From contig OX597815.1 of the NCBI GenBank assembly GCA_951406725.2, forward strand, positions 153,884,001 to 153,948,000: a DNA stretch of 64,000 bases, given 5' to 3'. A model generated the notes under the pieces. It saw only the letters and a list, made by a program, of their open reading frames with translations, made no database searches and was not told where the DNA came from. The position numbers and the translations under genes are program-made. Position 1 is the stretch's first letter. Every line of letters begins with the position of its first letter. Shown here piece by piece: positions 28,185 through 41,962 of the stretch. The DNA is from Octopus vulgaris (taxonomy: Eukaryota).

Positions 28185-29397
28185 TGTTACGGTTGGCTAG
28201 GTGCATTTCTGGTGACCCACATAGGAATAATGGCACCATCATGTCTGGTGAAAATGTGACAGTCTTTTGTCTAATGGAGGACTAATGGGTTTTGGAATGA
28301 CCTGTGACCTTGTGCGGATGAATTAGGGGTCGCTCTGGACACCCCTTGAATATGTCGTGAGAGAGGATGAGGGGGCAGAGAGGGACAGGCAGAGAGTATG
28401 GTAGAGCTGTCAGGAGAGGGTAAGGGACAGTAGGCGATAGCGATAGAGTAAGAGCAGAGGGCAAATAGAAAGGATAAGCAGTAAGGGACAGATTGAGGAT
28501 ATAGATAGAGTATAGGGACCAGGGCAGTTAGAGAGGGTGTGAGCGGTACAGAGGGAGATGAGGGAGTGGAAGAAGGACAGAGACGAAGTGAGGTCTTGGC
28601 AGTCGTTGAGCGGTCGTCGAGGAGCACAGACGGATCTTGGAGTCGCTGGCCGGTCCTCGAAGAAGACAGACGGATTCTGGAGGTCAGAGCGAGTAGATGG
28701 AATCTTGGAAGCGTTGGAATTCTTAGGAGCAAGTTGGGTGCGAGAAAGCTTGGCGGCACAGAAGGGAATTAGCAGTATTCAGAGGAATTAGCAGTATTGA
28801 GAGGAATGGGAAACTGGCAGATTCAGTTAGGAATTAAGGTATGTGATTGTGTATTGATACGTGTCACGATGTAAAAGAAAAGAAGAGAAAGAAGAGAGAA
28901 AAAGAAGGACCCTGTCGATGTAGTCGATAAAGAACATTGTGAATTGAGTAAAGGACTTGCTGAATTGTAACGTGAATTGTTGTGATACGAACATTGTATA
29001 ATGTATCGAAGTGTTCTGATTGGACTGTGACGTATCGTGAACATTATTTGATCTGGACTTGTTGTGTCGTTACTGAACACTGTTATATTGTTACATGCAT
29101 GTTGTTAAATGCTTTGATCTGTGGTATACCGTATGATGTATTGATTTGTTGTTTGCCTTAAATGCTTTGATGTTGTAACAATTGTAATTGTCGTATAAAC
29201 TGTTGTTTGAATATAAGCCAGTGTTGCCAGTTGTTGCCTTGCCTCTTTGGGTTGTATCTCGGGTTGTGCCTCTGTATCTCTGTGCTGTTGAGGTTGTGGC
29301 AGTATCTATCTGTATCTCCTCTCTCCGCCTCTTTGGGTTCCGTGGCGGAACTTGTGTGAGCCGTTCGGGACGGGCGACAACGGGTGATTCCGCAACA
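28185..29397. mobile_element. Solo LTR (Gypsy-like, inference)
   Basis: Starts TGTTACGG and ends CCGCAACA (7/8 inverted match). 4-bp ATAT duplication on both sides. Removing it rejoins an AT-rich repeat unit (aaccttattatat|aat). Confidence 0.8.
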
Positions 29398-30112
29398 ATA
29401 TAATAACTAATTAAAAGATTATTATAATTAATAATTGAAATATTCGAATGACTTTCTAAATCTATGACAACATCTTAAAGTTAAATGCCCATTAAAATTT
29501 GATAAAGTTAATTTAGAAGTAATTATATAATATAATTCTTCAAAGCAATGATTACAAGTTGAAATACCAGTTTTGAAATCAGTGATTAAAGAAAAATATA
29601 GTATATCAGTGTGAAGTAATAGCTAGGCATCATAAGTATTGGTATATTGGTTCTTCTGCTACTAGTCAGAGAACTAGATTTTATAATCATTCTAATTCCT
29701 TTAAGTATAGACGAAAATGTAATTCTAAGAAAATGTAATTCTAAGGATAAGAATATTAAATATGATTTAAAGTGGTCCATTATTAGTATGCACCATCGTA
29801 TAATATTGGTTATTCTTGTGATCTTTGCCGCGAAAGATTATATTTTCCTTGTGCCGAGGAATGGGAACTTTCTGGATGCAACTTCATGGTCATTCGTGAC
29901 CGAAGGAGATCTTTGCCCTTTATAAATATTTGTTTTTATCTCAACTTATAATATAAATAATTTTACACTGAATGATTATTCAATACTTATTGTAGAGTAC
30001 TCATTTATTATTCTTAAACAAGAATAATATTGAAAGTGACTTCGTCGTTGCGACCGGCTTAGAGTCTGATGGAAGTTAAGCAGGCCGAAACATCAAAGTT
30101 TTTGTCAATACG

Positions 30113-30176
<64 letters not shown>

Positions 30177-30279
30177 TCAAATAAATAAGGATAAGATCGT
30201 TAATTTAAATATCGATCTCATCAAGTGGCCAGCAAGGGAATAAAAACCTTCAAAGGTAATAATTATTATTAAAATTATA

Positions 30280-30448
30280 ATTTAGGGTACCTAAGTGATA
30301 CCGCACGCTAGAATAGCAGCCAAACCTGACTCTAAAACCACATTAAATGTTCATACTGCACTCTCCTGGTGCTGTATGAACATTTAATGTGGTTTTAGAG
30401 TCAGGTTTTGGCTGCTATTTCCAGCGTGGCGGTATCTTTTAGATACCC

Positions 30449-30453
<5 letters not shown>
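30280..30453. repeat. Fold-back inverted repeat (about 82-bp arms)
   Basis: 30280-30361 vs 30369-30453, between two (TA)n tracts. Shares the gctgctatttc motif with the termini at about 19345 and 35205. Confidence 0.85.
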
Positions 30454-30488
<35 letters not shown>

Positions 30489-30540
30489 CATACATACATA
30501 CATACAAGAAGGGAAGTAACAAATTATCCGTACTTTCGCC

Positions 30541-30575
<35 letters not shown>

Positions 30576-31115
30576 CCTCGAAATACACATCCTCACATTC
30601 TCGAGATATTTCTCTCTAAATTTGATGCACCGCAATCATCGTAAATTCTGTGTTTGTGAGTTATAATCAGAGTCTACTAGTCGAGCCAACAGCTTATTAA
30701 TATTAAAAGGTAATCTTTATAACCAACTTTATACAGAACACCGAATACTCCAATATTGAACTTGAGACATCCTCTCATATAGGCACATGGAGCGTAAAAG
30801 TACATACATAGAGCATAACAAACAAGAATCCTGAATTTCATTCTGCTGGAAATCATAAGTGGGATGCCCCTGGTCATCGCATGTAGGCCAAATCTTGCTG
30901 CTACGTTATATAAAATACCAGCATAATTTCAGACACTGATATCGCAAATAGCCAGCGGACTTATGAAGAATTAATTATTAAAAACGAAATAGTATTTATT
31001 ATAAAAGATAATTTATGCATTATGTGTTGCCTATATTGTTGAATCAAAGTTAACCATTTAAAATGAAGAGATGAATTTTATTTTACATATCCATACATTT
31101 GTGTATGAATATGTT

Positions 31116-31238
<123 letters not shown>

Positions 31239-31241
31239 GTA

Positions 31242-31349
31242 CGTGTGTTTTTATTGGCTAAACTGGCAAAATGACCATTCCGAAATATAAGAATATCTGT
31301 TTCAACACACGACTTCACATAAAAAATCTTGCACAACAAATATTTAAAC

Positions 31350-31405
<56 letters not shown>

Positions 31406-32076
31406 CATAAATAAGGGCAAACGAAGGGCATGACTTAGTATTCCCATGGGTATGAGTAAGTATCTCATTTATTTCTTTTGCCATGTATCATGACGAAGGG
31501 AGGGGGAAATCGGTCGAATGAATGGAATGTTTTAGTAGTAGCGTGATATTGTGAAAAAATTATATGGTTAATGGACTATCCATTTCGGCATATTGGCATT
31601 AGAATTTTTTCGTTTGCCCTTATTTATGAATTGTTTATAGATTTAACCTTTGAAGGTATTTTTTGATATGCTGGCCATTGATAAAATTTATTTGGGAAAA
31701 TAATTTTTTTCGAAAAAAATTATTTTCCCAAATAAATTTTATCAATGGCCAGATAAAAAATACCTTCAAAGGTTAAATCTATAAACAATTCATAAATAAG
31801 GGCAAACGAAAAATTTCTAATGCCAGATATGCCGAAAAATTGGACATATTGTCCATTAACCATATAATTTTTTCACAATATGCACGCTACTCGAAAAAAG
31901 GTCGACAGAAATTTCTAAAACATTCCATTATTACCATATCGGACCGATTTCAGGGTTAGCTTATAACAGCCCTCCCTTCGTCAGTGATACATGTGGCAAA
32001 AGAAATAAATGAGATACTTACTCATACCCATGGAGGAAGCGAATACTAAGTCATGCCTCGTTTGCCCTTATTTATG

Positions 32077-32155
<79 letters not shown>

Positions 32156-32263
32156 GTTTAAATATTTGTTGTGCAAGATTTTTTATGTGAAGTTGTGTGT
32201 TGAAACAGATATTCTTATATTTCGGAATGGTCATTTTGCCAGTTTAGCCAATAAAAACACACG
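31242..32263. repeat. About 1-kb zero-spacer palindrome with a (TA)n tract in each arm
   Basis: Centre ttttttt-cg-aaaaaaa at 31711/31712. The left arm carries many small deletions relative to the right arm. Confidence 0.9.
31936..31990 (-). ncRNA. Hammerhead motif (right arm of the large palindrome)
   Basis: Minus: guauca CUGACGA AGGGagggcuguuauaagcuaaCCCU GAAA ucgg UC cgauau. First stem I pair is mismatched. The left-arm copy (about 31487-31520) is deleted in the core and stem II. Confidence 0.7.
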
Positions 32264-32447
32264 CACTATATATTTGGTGTTACTTTGCTTCAGTGTTATT
32301 TATTTTTTACATTAATCTTAATCTTATTTCGGCCAGAGTTCTTTCGTCAATGTAAAAAATAAATAACACTGAAGCAAAGTAACACCAAATATATAGTGCG
32401 TGTGTTTTTATTGGCTAAACTGACAAAATGACCATTCCGAAATATAA
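32215..32447. repeat. Fold-back inverted repeat (99-bp arms)
   Basis: 32215-32313 vs 32349-32447 with about 1 mismatch. Overlaps the end of the large palindrome. Confidence 0.9.
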
Positions 32448-32449
32448 CA

Positions 32450-32554
<105 letters not shown>

Positions 32555-32857
32555 ACATGCATACGTTTATATACATGCATATGCATGCATATGCATACAT
32601 GTACACACATAAACACACATACATACAAACACACAAGCACATGTATAGATATATACACCAGCACATACATATACAATCGAAAATTTTTTACAGAGTACTT
32701 ATAATTTAATTCAGCAATTACAGATACAATATAAATGTACGCAGCAGCAGCAACAACAACAACAACAACAGCAACAACCACTATATATTTTTATGTTGTA
32801 CAATTATTCAGTTTCTTATGAATATAATATTGTCTTTCAATTATTATTTCGTTATAG

Positions 32858-32923
32858 CTGAGAGCCGACTGTGGACACACCTCCAGATACATACACTTTT
32901 GGTTAGGATCAGAAACCACACAG
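32858..32923 (+). CDS. Gelsolin/villin-family exon B (G1)
   Basis: ttatag acceptor, gtttgt donor. Encodes LRADCGHTSRYIHFWLGSETTQ (IHFWLG motif of G1). 66 nt, phase 0/0. Not present in the ORF track in this frame. Confidence 0.9.
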
Positions 32924-33561
32924 GTTTGTATTTTATAAACAAGAACTTTTATTCGAATTTCAATATTTTCAGATTGCAAAAATTGATATTTTATTATTTG
33001 CTTTTATTACTTGCGGCATTATACCTATGCTATAAATGATAATTATAGTTGACCGTAAATTAGCAGGATGGTCAGATCGTCAGAGAAAGTGCCATGTAGT
33101 ATTTATTACAGCTCTTTATATCATGAGTACGAATTCTACAGACCTCAACTTTGGTTTTCATCCCTCAAGGGCCGATAAAGTAAAGTATCAGTAAAGTACA
33201 GGCGTCAATCTATTCGACTAACCCTTCATCTCCAAATGACATTGATCTTAGTATTTGACTAGTACTTTATTTTACCAGCTCTAAAAGGATGAAAAGCAGT
33301 TTCAATTATGCCAAGATTTGAGTCCAAAACATAATTGCTGCAAGAAAAGCCTCTAAGCATTCTGTCCGATGCGCTAACGGTTCTGCCAGCTCGATAATAA
33401 TAAACAGCATATTGAATATAGTGACCAGGTATACTACAACTCATTAGAAGAAGGTAAACGATGAAATAAGCAACAAGTCAAATAAAGAAAGACTGCAATG
33501 ATAGCCAAAAGTGCATCCATAATACACAGGATATAACACACACACACAGGCACACACACAG

Positions 33562-33668
<107 letters not shown>

Positions 33669-34656
33669 AGAAGTGAACAGTAAAAGAGTCACAGATAGGA
33701 AAGGTGTGCACATGTGTGTCAAGAATAGTGCCGGTGAGTTGCAGGAAGCAAGGAATTTCGGGGAGATGCAGTGTCTAACGGATGTAGTTTATGTGCTCGG
33801 ACAATTCTGAGCGTGAGAAAATGATTACAAAAGTTATGGGTGCTTCACTTTGTTTTGATTTTATAAGCTTGTCCATGAGTGGTAGAAATAATTCAAAACG
33901 TGGCCAAAGTTATGGCTGGAAAGATCGTGAATAATCGTGTGCGCTGCTATCATGACTTTGAAACCTAGAAGAAGTAAGACTAAGTTATTGATAGCGGGTA
34001 TTCAACTATTTGTTCGTCTTTGGACAGCTTCTTGTACATCGATATTCTAGAGAGGGGAGTTGCAGACTAGAGATGCAAAGTGTAAGTATGGACGTACCAT
34101 ATATACCCTTGGATTGATAGTTGGTGAACAGCTGACAAAATGTCTTACTGGTTGATACAAAAACAACTTCGGTTATTTTGTCGATTTTAGGGTTGGTGTG
34201 ATGGAGGGAGTAGGTAAATTCCTCTTTGTTTTTCCGGCCAAAATGCATAATATTGCACTTGTTTAAAGCCAACTTGAGCTGCCAGTCAGTAAAACATTAC
34301 CACATTGAGTTCTGATTAGATTGTAGGGTAGCTATAAAGCCCATTTCAGGGAGCTTTGTCATAAATCGTTTATGATTCATCTTTTATATTTTATTGGTTT
34401 CAGTCATTTCACTGTCGCCATGCTGGAGCACCGCCTTGAAGCGTTTTAGTCGAAAAAATCACGCTGGAACTTATTTGTCCAGCCTGATAGTTATTCTATT
34501 GGCCTCATTGGCCGAACCACTAAGTTACGGGGATGTTAATACACCTGTTATCAAGCGGTGATGGGGGCAAACACAGCCACAAAGACACACACACCAATAC
34601 ATACATATATACATACATACATACATGCATGCATACATACATACATACATAATACA

Positions 34657-34690
<34 letters not shown>

Positions 34691-35194
34691 AAATTGACAG
34701 AATGAGATAAAAAATCCAAGGCTGTGAATAGTTTTCAGAACATTTATACAGACATACAACATAAAAAATATACCGCTTCTTCAGCTGTCCCTGTTTCATC
34801 TACACCACGCCGAAGGCAAGGACAAGATGCGATTTCTTTGAAACAGTCCTTCCCGCGAAGCAAATTAAATAAAATTTGAAATTTTTTGCGGAGGATGAAA
34901 TTGGTAACAAGAACAGGACAGTGAGAACAAAACAGTAAAAACAAACGGTGAGAACGAAACAGTAAAAACAAACGGTGAGCCCATACGATAGAAAAAATAT
35001 TCTGAACGCGAGGAAGACGAGTTTATGAAGGAGACAGTATAAGCACGTCTTTTCTTTTCGAAGGTTGTGGACAGAAAGACAGATTATCTTTCGTCACGTG
35101 TAGCGACGAGAGAGTCGAGGAGGAGGAGTGAGAGAGAGGGAACGCTGAAGAGGAGAGGAGAAGAATAGGAAAGGGTGGGAGAGAAAACCACCCT

Positions 35195-35956
35195 TAGTAT
35201 TTCAACTGCTATTTCTAAATTTCGGTATATGGTGAAGCAAATTTTGCTGAATCCTAATTATAATTATGCTAATAATTATAGAATTTATGTATAAGTTTAC
35301 CGATAATAGTTCTTTTAACGTACCGAACTACTTGGTAAAATAATTTATTATTAATTGATTAATTAATTTTACCCTTTATTATTATTGATAATATAATTCT
35401 CTCCCTGATAGTAAACTGTAGTTTCTGCGGAATTTACTCGTTGGCACACGTGGGTGATTGAGGAGCAACACGAGATCTCATTCGTCTGTTTGAATTCGGA
35501 AGTAGTGGTCTTTGGATATATGCTATTTGATGGCGCTTGATCGAATACGTATGTTAATTATAAGTGCTCTCAAATTTAGAATTTGAAATACTGTACTGAT
35601 GAAGGGAATAAGTGAGTTGAAATATGAGTTTACATTTTTTACATAGCGCTAACCCCGAAACGCGTATACAGTTAATCTGAGCCGGGTGGATTCGTTATTT
35701 TTTTCTCTTTACCTACGTGTGTTGTTGAGTATTGCTCTCTGAGAGATATCTTATGGCAGTAGAATAGCATTTTAACTGCTATTTCTAAATTTCAGTATGT
35801 GATGAAGTAAATTTTGATGAACCCTAATTATATTTATGCTCACAATTATAGAATTTATGTATAAGTTTACCGATAATGGTTCTTTTAACATATCGAACTA
35901 CTTGGTAAAATTATTAATTATTAATTGATTAATTAATTTTACCCTTTATTATTATT
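35195..35956 (+). mobile_element. Non-autonomous Penelope/retrozyme-like unit with about 190-bp direct terminal repeats
   Basis: 35195-35386 and 35765-35956 are direct repeats, with an HHR between them. Ends in (TA)n. The tail resembles 19340-19500. Confidence 0.75.
35590..35672 (+). ncRNA. Type I hammerhead ribozyme motif
   Basis: ACUGUA CUGAUGA aGGG...(about 45 nt)...CCC GAAA CGCG UA UACAGU. 6-bp stem I, palindrome ACGCGU, triplet GUA. Confidence 0.88.
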
Positions 35957-35960
35957 ATTA

Positions 35961-36016
<56 letters not shown>

Positions 36017-36229
36017 TTATATATATAGGTTTTAAATTTGGCAAAAAGCCAGCCAGACAGGATGAAAAACAAATTTGACCTCGGCAGAATTTGAACTCAG
36101 AACGTAAAGACGAACGAACTGTCGTTACGCATTCTACCCGGACTGCTAACGATTCTGTTAGCCCGCCGCCTAGCATAATATATATTACTCCTTCCACACA
36201 CATACGTATATAAAATGCATGTATATATG

Positions 36230-36276
<47 letters not shown>

Positions 36277-37375
36277 CTGTGTGTGCGTGTGTGTGCATAT
36301 TACTGCATATATACATATGTGAACATGTATTATTATTTATATGAAACATTGTGAAATGCAGTAATAACGTTCAAGAAAAGAAACTGCAACGTCAGTATGG
36401 AAGCAGAAGTGACAAAATAGAAAGAAGACCAAAGAAAAGTATGAACAATAGTTCAGCCTTTTCAGATATAGTTCAGCGAATTTAGAGAAAGACACACAAT
36501 GGAATTATCAAAATAATTATTAACAAGAAAATGTATGCAAAAGGTTAGTCAAAATATATTAGGAAGGAATCTAAAGGAATATATGAAATTTTATTCTTAT
36601 TTCTCTTTAGGTTTTGCTTATTTTCACAACTTTGCTTTGCAGATTTGTTTTGCAGATTCTATCTGCAACACACACACACATACACACACATATATATACA
36701 AACACGCATACACACATTGCTTTCTTGTCTGTCTGTCTATCTAGCCATGCTTTAGAGATCTCTCACTTTTAGATTATATATAAAAGTATTTTGTTACGTT
36801 GTAGTGAATGTCTCGTGATATGCATACCATTTGGCATATTTTAGAGCAAATGTCATTATCAAAATATAGCATAGTAATCATTATCTTGAAAATGAGATGA
36901 TAAGCGGTGATACAGTTGAGCTATACAAATATATCCAGATCGACATCTCGATCTGGTTTGTGCAACTGGTTGTATGAAAGGAAAAGAAGGATGGTAGAAT
37001 AATTATACTGAAATCTCGGAAACGTAGCAGTCAACGGGAAGGCTGGAATCGGGGACATGTGATTCAGTGGTGTGGTAATGGGCTGAAGACAGAGATTAGA
37101 AGGTGGTGTTTGAAGGAGGGATGGATAGTTCATAGAGACTAGATGTGCATTAAGGAATCCAAAGGATCTCAAATGCCCCCTCCTCTTGTTAATGTGCTAA
37201 AAAGGATGTTAGAACCCTTAAATGGGTGTGAGTGTGTGAATGTGTGTATATGAGTGTGTATAACATACTATATACACAAGATACATGATAAAATGTATAT
37301 ATACATATATGTATGTATATACATACATACATATACATACATATATACATACATACATACATACATATATATACA

Positions 37376-37427
<52 letters not shown>

Positions 37428-37450
37428 GAATATATATATATATATATACA

Positions 37451-39090
37451 TTAGGTGGAGCGAAATAATGCAGCTTTCGAAATTGGTAATTAAGAATTGA
37501 TATTAGAGCTTAAAGAAAGGTGTATAAAGAACTCTGCGATTAAATATCTTTTTCAGACTCCGCAACGCAATTGAAAATTTTAAAAATCGCTATTTTTGGT
37601 CGAATTTTGGATTTCGTGGATTGTAAGTGGTAACGAATACATATTTCTTCATAGCAGTATGCAAAACATTAAATATAGTACGCTTAAAAAGTTGCATACT
37701 AAGTTTCAATATAATTGACTAATATCTTGACGTTCCGCATTGACTATAAAGAGAACGGGATTGTGAATTTCTCTCCAGTGCTGCTGCAACGGTCGTTGCG
37801 TGTGGTCGTATGTCGTACGTGTCGGGAGTTTTCTGCTTTGTACCTTGACTTTAGGCCATTGAATTAAGATTAATGATCGTCTTAAATTTAGTGTTGTTTA
37901 CATTTAGTGATGACACATAAGCCAATAACGTGTCATGATACTGAATGCCCAATATTTGGTGCTCCATGTGATCTTAGCGAGTGACTTTTACCAACTTGCA
38001 AGGACGTACTAAAATGCGTTTTATTTGAACGAGAAAAAGAAAAGAATGTAGTTAAAAAAGATCCTTCAATTACACAAACTGTCAAGATTGTAGCAGAAAA
38101 AATTCTTTTTTGGCTAAAGGCATCCATCCCTTGTGTTACGATTGACTCAGTTAAACCGAAAATCTTAAACTTTTATCCAAGGTACCAAGCATTACTAAAT
38201 TCTGTGAAAAGTAGAAAAAAATGTGCCATCGTTTCAAACAAAATGTAATGTGTTTAAAAACAATGCAACGCATAATTTATTTGACATTTCCTGTTGCAAG
38301 TGCAACTCCTTTGTTGTAGTAGAGAAAAAAAGAACCACAGAGAGAGCAAGATTTTTTACAGGATCAACGGACAAATGGTAGAATAGATCAAACAGTATCT
38401 AAACAGAAATCGGCCAGATCACAGTCGCCCTTCTACGCCAGCAAAAGATTCTGAATTGATAGTGTTTTCATCAAGCATTGAATCGGGAAATGTATCAACA
38501 GGCGAAGATGAAGATTTTCCAATTCCATTTTTCTTGAAACGAAAAGACGTCAACAAAAACGTAAGTTCAAAAACACTAATAAAACGAATGAAATTCCCAA
38601 AACTAGCTTCTGACTGTGACCGTACTGGTGTACTGCTGCTCTTCTTACAAGTTCGGTCATCAGCAACGTAACTGCAAGTACATCTGGTGAACGTTCTTCT
38701 GCTATAGACAGATCGAACGTAAGGCGGAAACGATCCAGAAAACGTAAATCTCTGCAGCAGGAAGGTAGGTCAAATAAACCATTGTCTGCCGTGTATTTTG
38801 ATGAAAGGGAGGACACAACCTTCATAAGTGAATAAATGGTAAAATCATTTCGCAATAAAGAAACCCAAGCCGAAAAGGCTATTTATTTCACACAATTTCG
38901 AAATTTCAAGTGCGTTGCGGAGTCTGAAGATATGAAATTTAGAGGATTTCACAAAAGACAATCGATTAGTAGCAATGATTGTAAAAAATAAAATAAGGAA
39001 CGGCAAACATGTTATAAATTGATTTTTCGCTCATTATTCAAAATTTCAACTGGGCTGCTGAGCCTGAAGATGTAAATTTAAGAACTTCAG
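37451..39090 (+). mobile_element. Decayed DNA transposon, probably hAT-superfamily (hATm-like, inference)
   Basis: Inverted subterminal motif ttcagactccgcaacgca (about 37552) / tgcgttgcggagtctgaa (about 38911). Coding remnants CPIFGAP, WLKASIP, LFDISCCKC, FLQDQR, LASDCDRTGV and VYFDERED. Confidence 0.6.
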
Positions 39091-39131
39091 ATATTTATAT
39101 ACATACATACATCCATACATAGATACATACA

Positions 39132-39183
<52 letters not shown>

Positions 39184-39216
39184 TTATAATCCTTATGAAG
39201 TAAATCTGCCTATTCT

Positions 39217-39272
<56 letters not shown>

Positions 39273-39777
39273 TGTTTATAAACCTTATGAAATATATTTG
39301 CCTATTGGGGTACTCCAAAGTAAGAGTTATAGAGTCATCAGGAAATGACTCCAATGTAAATGTATAGGGTCATCATGCACACTGTTTCGGGGCCAACTTC
39401 TTGGCAGCATCATTGCACACTGGCCCTCGTCACAGAAATGACGCAGCACTTGCAAGATCAAATGATTACCAGATTCAACTCTATATTCTGCTAGCCATTG
39501 CTCATCGTCCCTTTTTAACGAAATCCAGTGGCTTACCTTTCCCTCCGTAGCTTGGATATCACCCATGGTTGTATTTGGTTTACGATGAGTCAGGCCTAAC
39601 GAAAATAACAGTCGCCTCAAACTGGTCCGCTTTCCAGCCTGCGTCTTCACATTCCTCGAGGAGGAAAACATAACGGCCAGTCTTTCGGCCTCGTGCCGCG
39701 TCTATGTAATTTTCACAAGGAACCGTTAACGTGACTTATATGTATATATATATACATATACATATACATACATGCAT

Positions 39778-39846
<69 letters not shown>

Positions 39847-39848
39847 CA

Positions 39849-39908
<60 letters not shown>

Positions 39909-39967
39909 CATCCCGAGTGTCACTACTAATACACTTGCTTGTCGTACATATACCTGTTTTCGTCTTT

Positions 39968-40016
<49 letters not shown>

Positions 40017-40175
40017 CACACAACACACACACATGCACACATATATATATAATATACATATATATATATATGTAGGTATTATTACCCTTAGAACTGTGTT
40101 TTTTTGTCTTTCTGCGTATATAGACATGTGTATGAAACCTTCTTGGTGCGCATGTGTGTGTGCGGGTTTGTGTAC

Positions 40176-40261
<86 letters not shown>

Positions 40262-40447
40262 GCAAACCGAGGAAAAGAAATCCTTCAAAGAGGTGTGTTA
40301 AACATTTAACTCACTTGCGCGTCAGTTGAATATCATGTAAATATTGGTATAATGCAATTATAAAGCCAATTGCAGCGTGGAAGGTGTCTATAAGCCATTT
40401 GACAAAGCATAAAACCCGTTAGATTCACTTCAGCATTTAAATTTAAT

Positions 40448-40496
40448 TTGCCAAAATATTTTTGTCGCTGTAATATTGCAACCTGTTCACTGACAA
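40448..40496 (-). ncRNA. Hammerhead-like motif with G3/C8-swapped core (and G12A in this copy)
   Basis: Minus: UUGUCA GUGAACA g GUUGC aauauuaca GCGAC AAAA auau UU UGGCAA. Stem I, stem II and the palindrome AAUAUU are in canonical register. Confidence 0.55.
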
Positions 40497-40572
40497 AATT
40501 CCCTGCTGCAATTATAAAGATAAATTCAATAGAGAGATACTATTGAAAATCGAATAATTTACTTACATCATA

Positions 40573-40932
40573 ATATTACTTGATATACTATTAATATAAT
40601 ATAACATAGCATGATATTGTATAACATAAACAATCATTAAAAACCTTAAAAGGCCTATCTTGTTTCAGCTTATATATATTTTTTCTGACGTACGTACATA
40701 ATAAGAGTTCCCTTATATATAAAGTAATTTCAGGTTCATGGTTTAAATGGTTTAAATATATTTAAACAATGACCGTGAAGTAACTTTATATATAAAGGAA
40801 CTGTTATTATGTATATCAGAAAATATATATATAAGTCGAGACAATTTGTTGGCCTTTTATGGTTTTTAATATTTTTTATGTTATGTAATATTACGGTATG
40901 TTATATTATAATCATAGTATATCATGTAATGT
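40573..40932. repeat. Diverged AT-rich fold-back (MITE-like)
   Basis: Two arms of about 180 bp with clear but imperfect reverse complementarity around 40757. Confidence 0.7.
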
Positions 40933-41031
40933 AATATAAATAACTTATTGGATTTTCAACAGTATCTCTCTATTTATCTTTATATATAAATATACATATA
41001 TATATATATACATACATATATATATATATAA

Positions 41032-41088
<57 letters not shown>

Positions 41089-41505
41089 CACATATATATA
41101 TATATATGTCTCTCTCTGTGTGTGTATGTATATATATATATATTTATGTATGTGTATATATATATATGTACACACCACATACACACGCACAGACACACAC
41201 AGAGACACATACAGACGGATAGACAAAAACACATGTACACACACACATACACACACACATACACACACATGTCTATGTGTGTATACATAAGATAAAATGA
41301 GAGAATCCTGATATTTCAGATGCTGCTCCCTTCTCAGAAGAAATGGCGGTTGGAAAAAATGTAATGACTGAGGAAAGGTGTTTGGGAAGCACGTACATGT
41401 GTGTATGTCTGTGCGGGTGTAGGCGCGAGCATGATACGATATGTAGCAAGTACCGTACAATTTGATATAAAATATGAAGTTTCTGTCGATTTTGATTATA
41501 GTTAA

Positions 41506-41962
41506 CTAGCAGCATAGCCCGGCATTGCCCGGGTATGTAAGAGCCCCTAGTAGGCAACGACTAATCCCAATCTAGTCCTTTCCCTCTAGGGAACGAAGGC
41601 GCATGTGTAGGTTGCAATGTCTTCTCTTCACTCAAATACGTCTGTGTATACGATGTTCCTAGCTGTCCCTTTGGGCGAAAACATGAAAACATCATTGCGC
41701 CTCCCAACGCGTGAACAGCCCACGTACAGTCCAGAAAATGTGTTGCATATAAAAAGCTTAGATTCTCGACCCCATGTCGAATTTATCGATTTTTTCAGAA
41801 CTGGGTGAACTTTTCAAAATTTTCGCTGCGTTAGTTTTGAATTATGACATTGGGCTATGTGTGTGTCAAGTTTCATCAGAATCGGTTGAAAGCCGTGGTC
41901 AGAGTGAGGGTACAACCTGACAGACACACAGACAGACAAACTGCCGTTTATATAGAGAGAGA
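41506..41962 (-). mobile_element. Non-autonomous Helitron
   Basis: On the minus strand it starts TC and ends CTAG, with a GC hairpin (cccgggcaatgccggg) about 12 nt from the end. Inserted between A and T with no target duplication. Confidence 0.8.
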
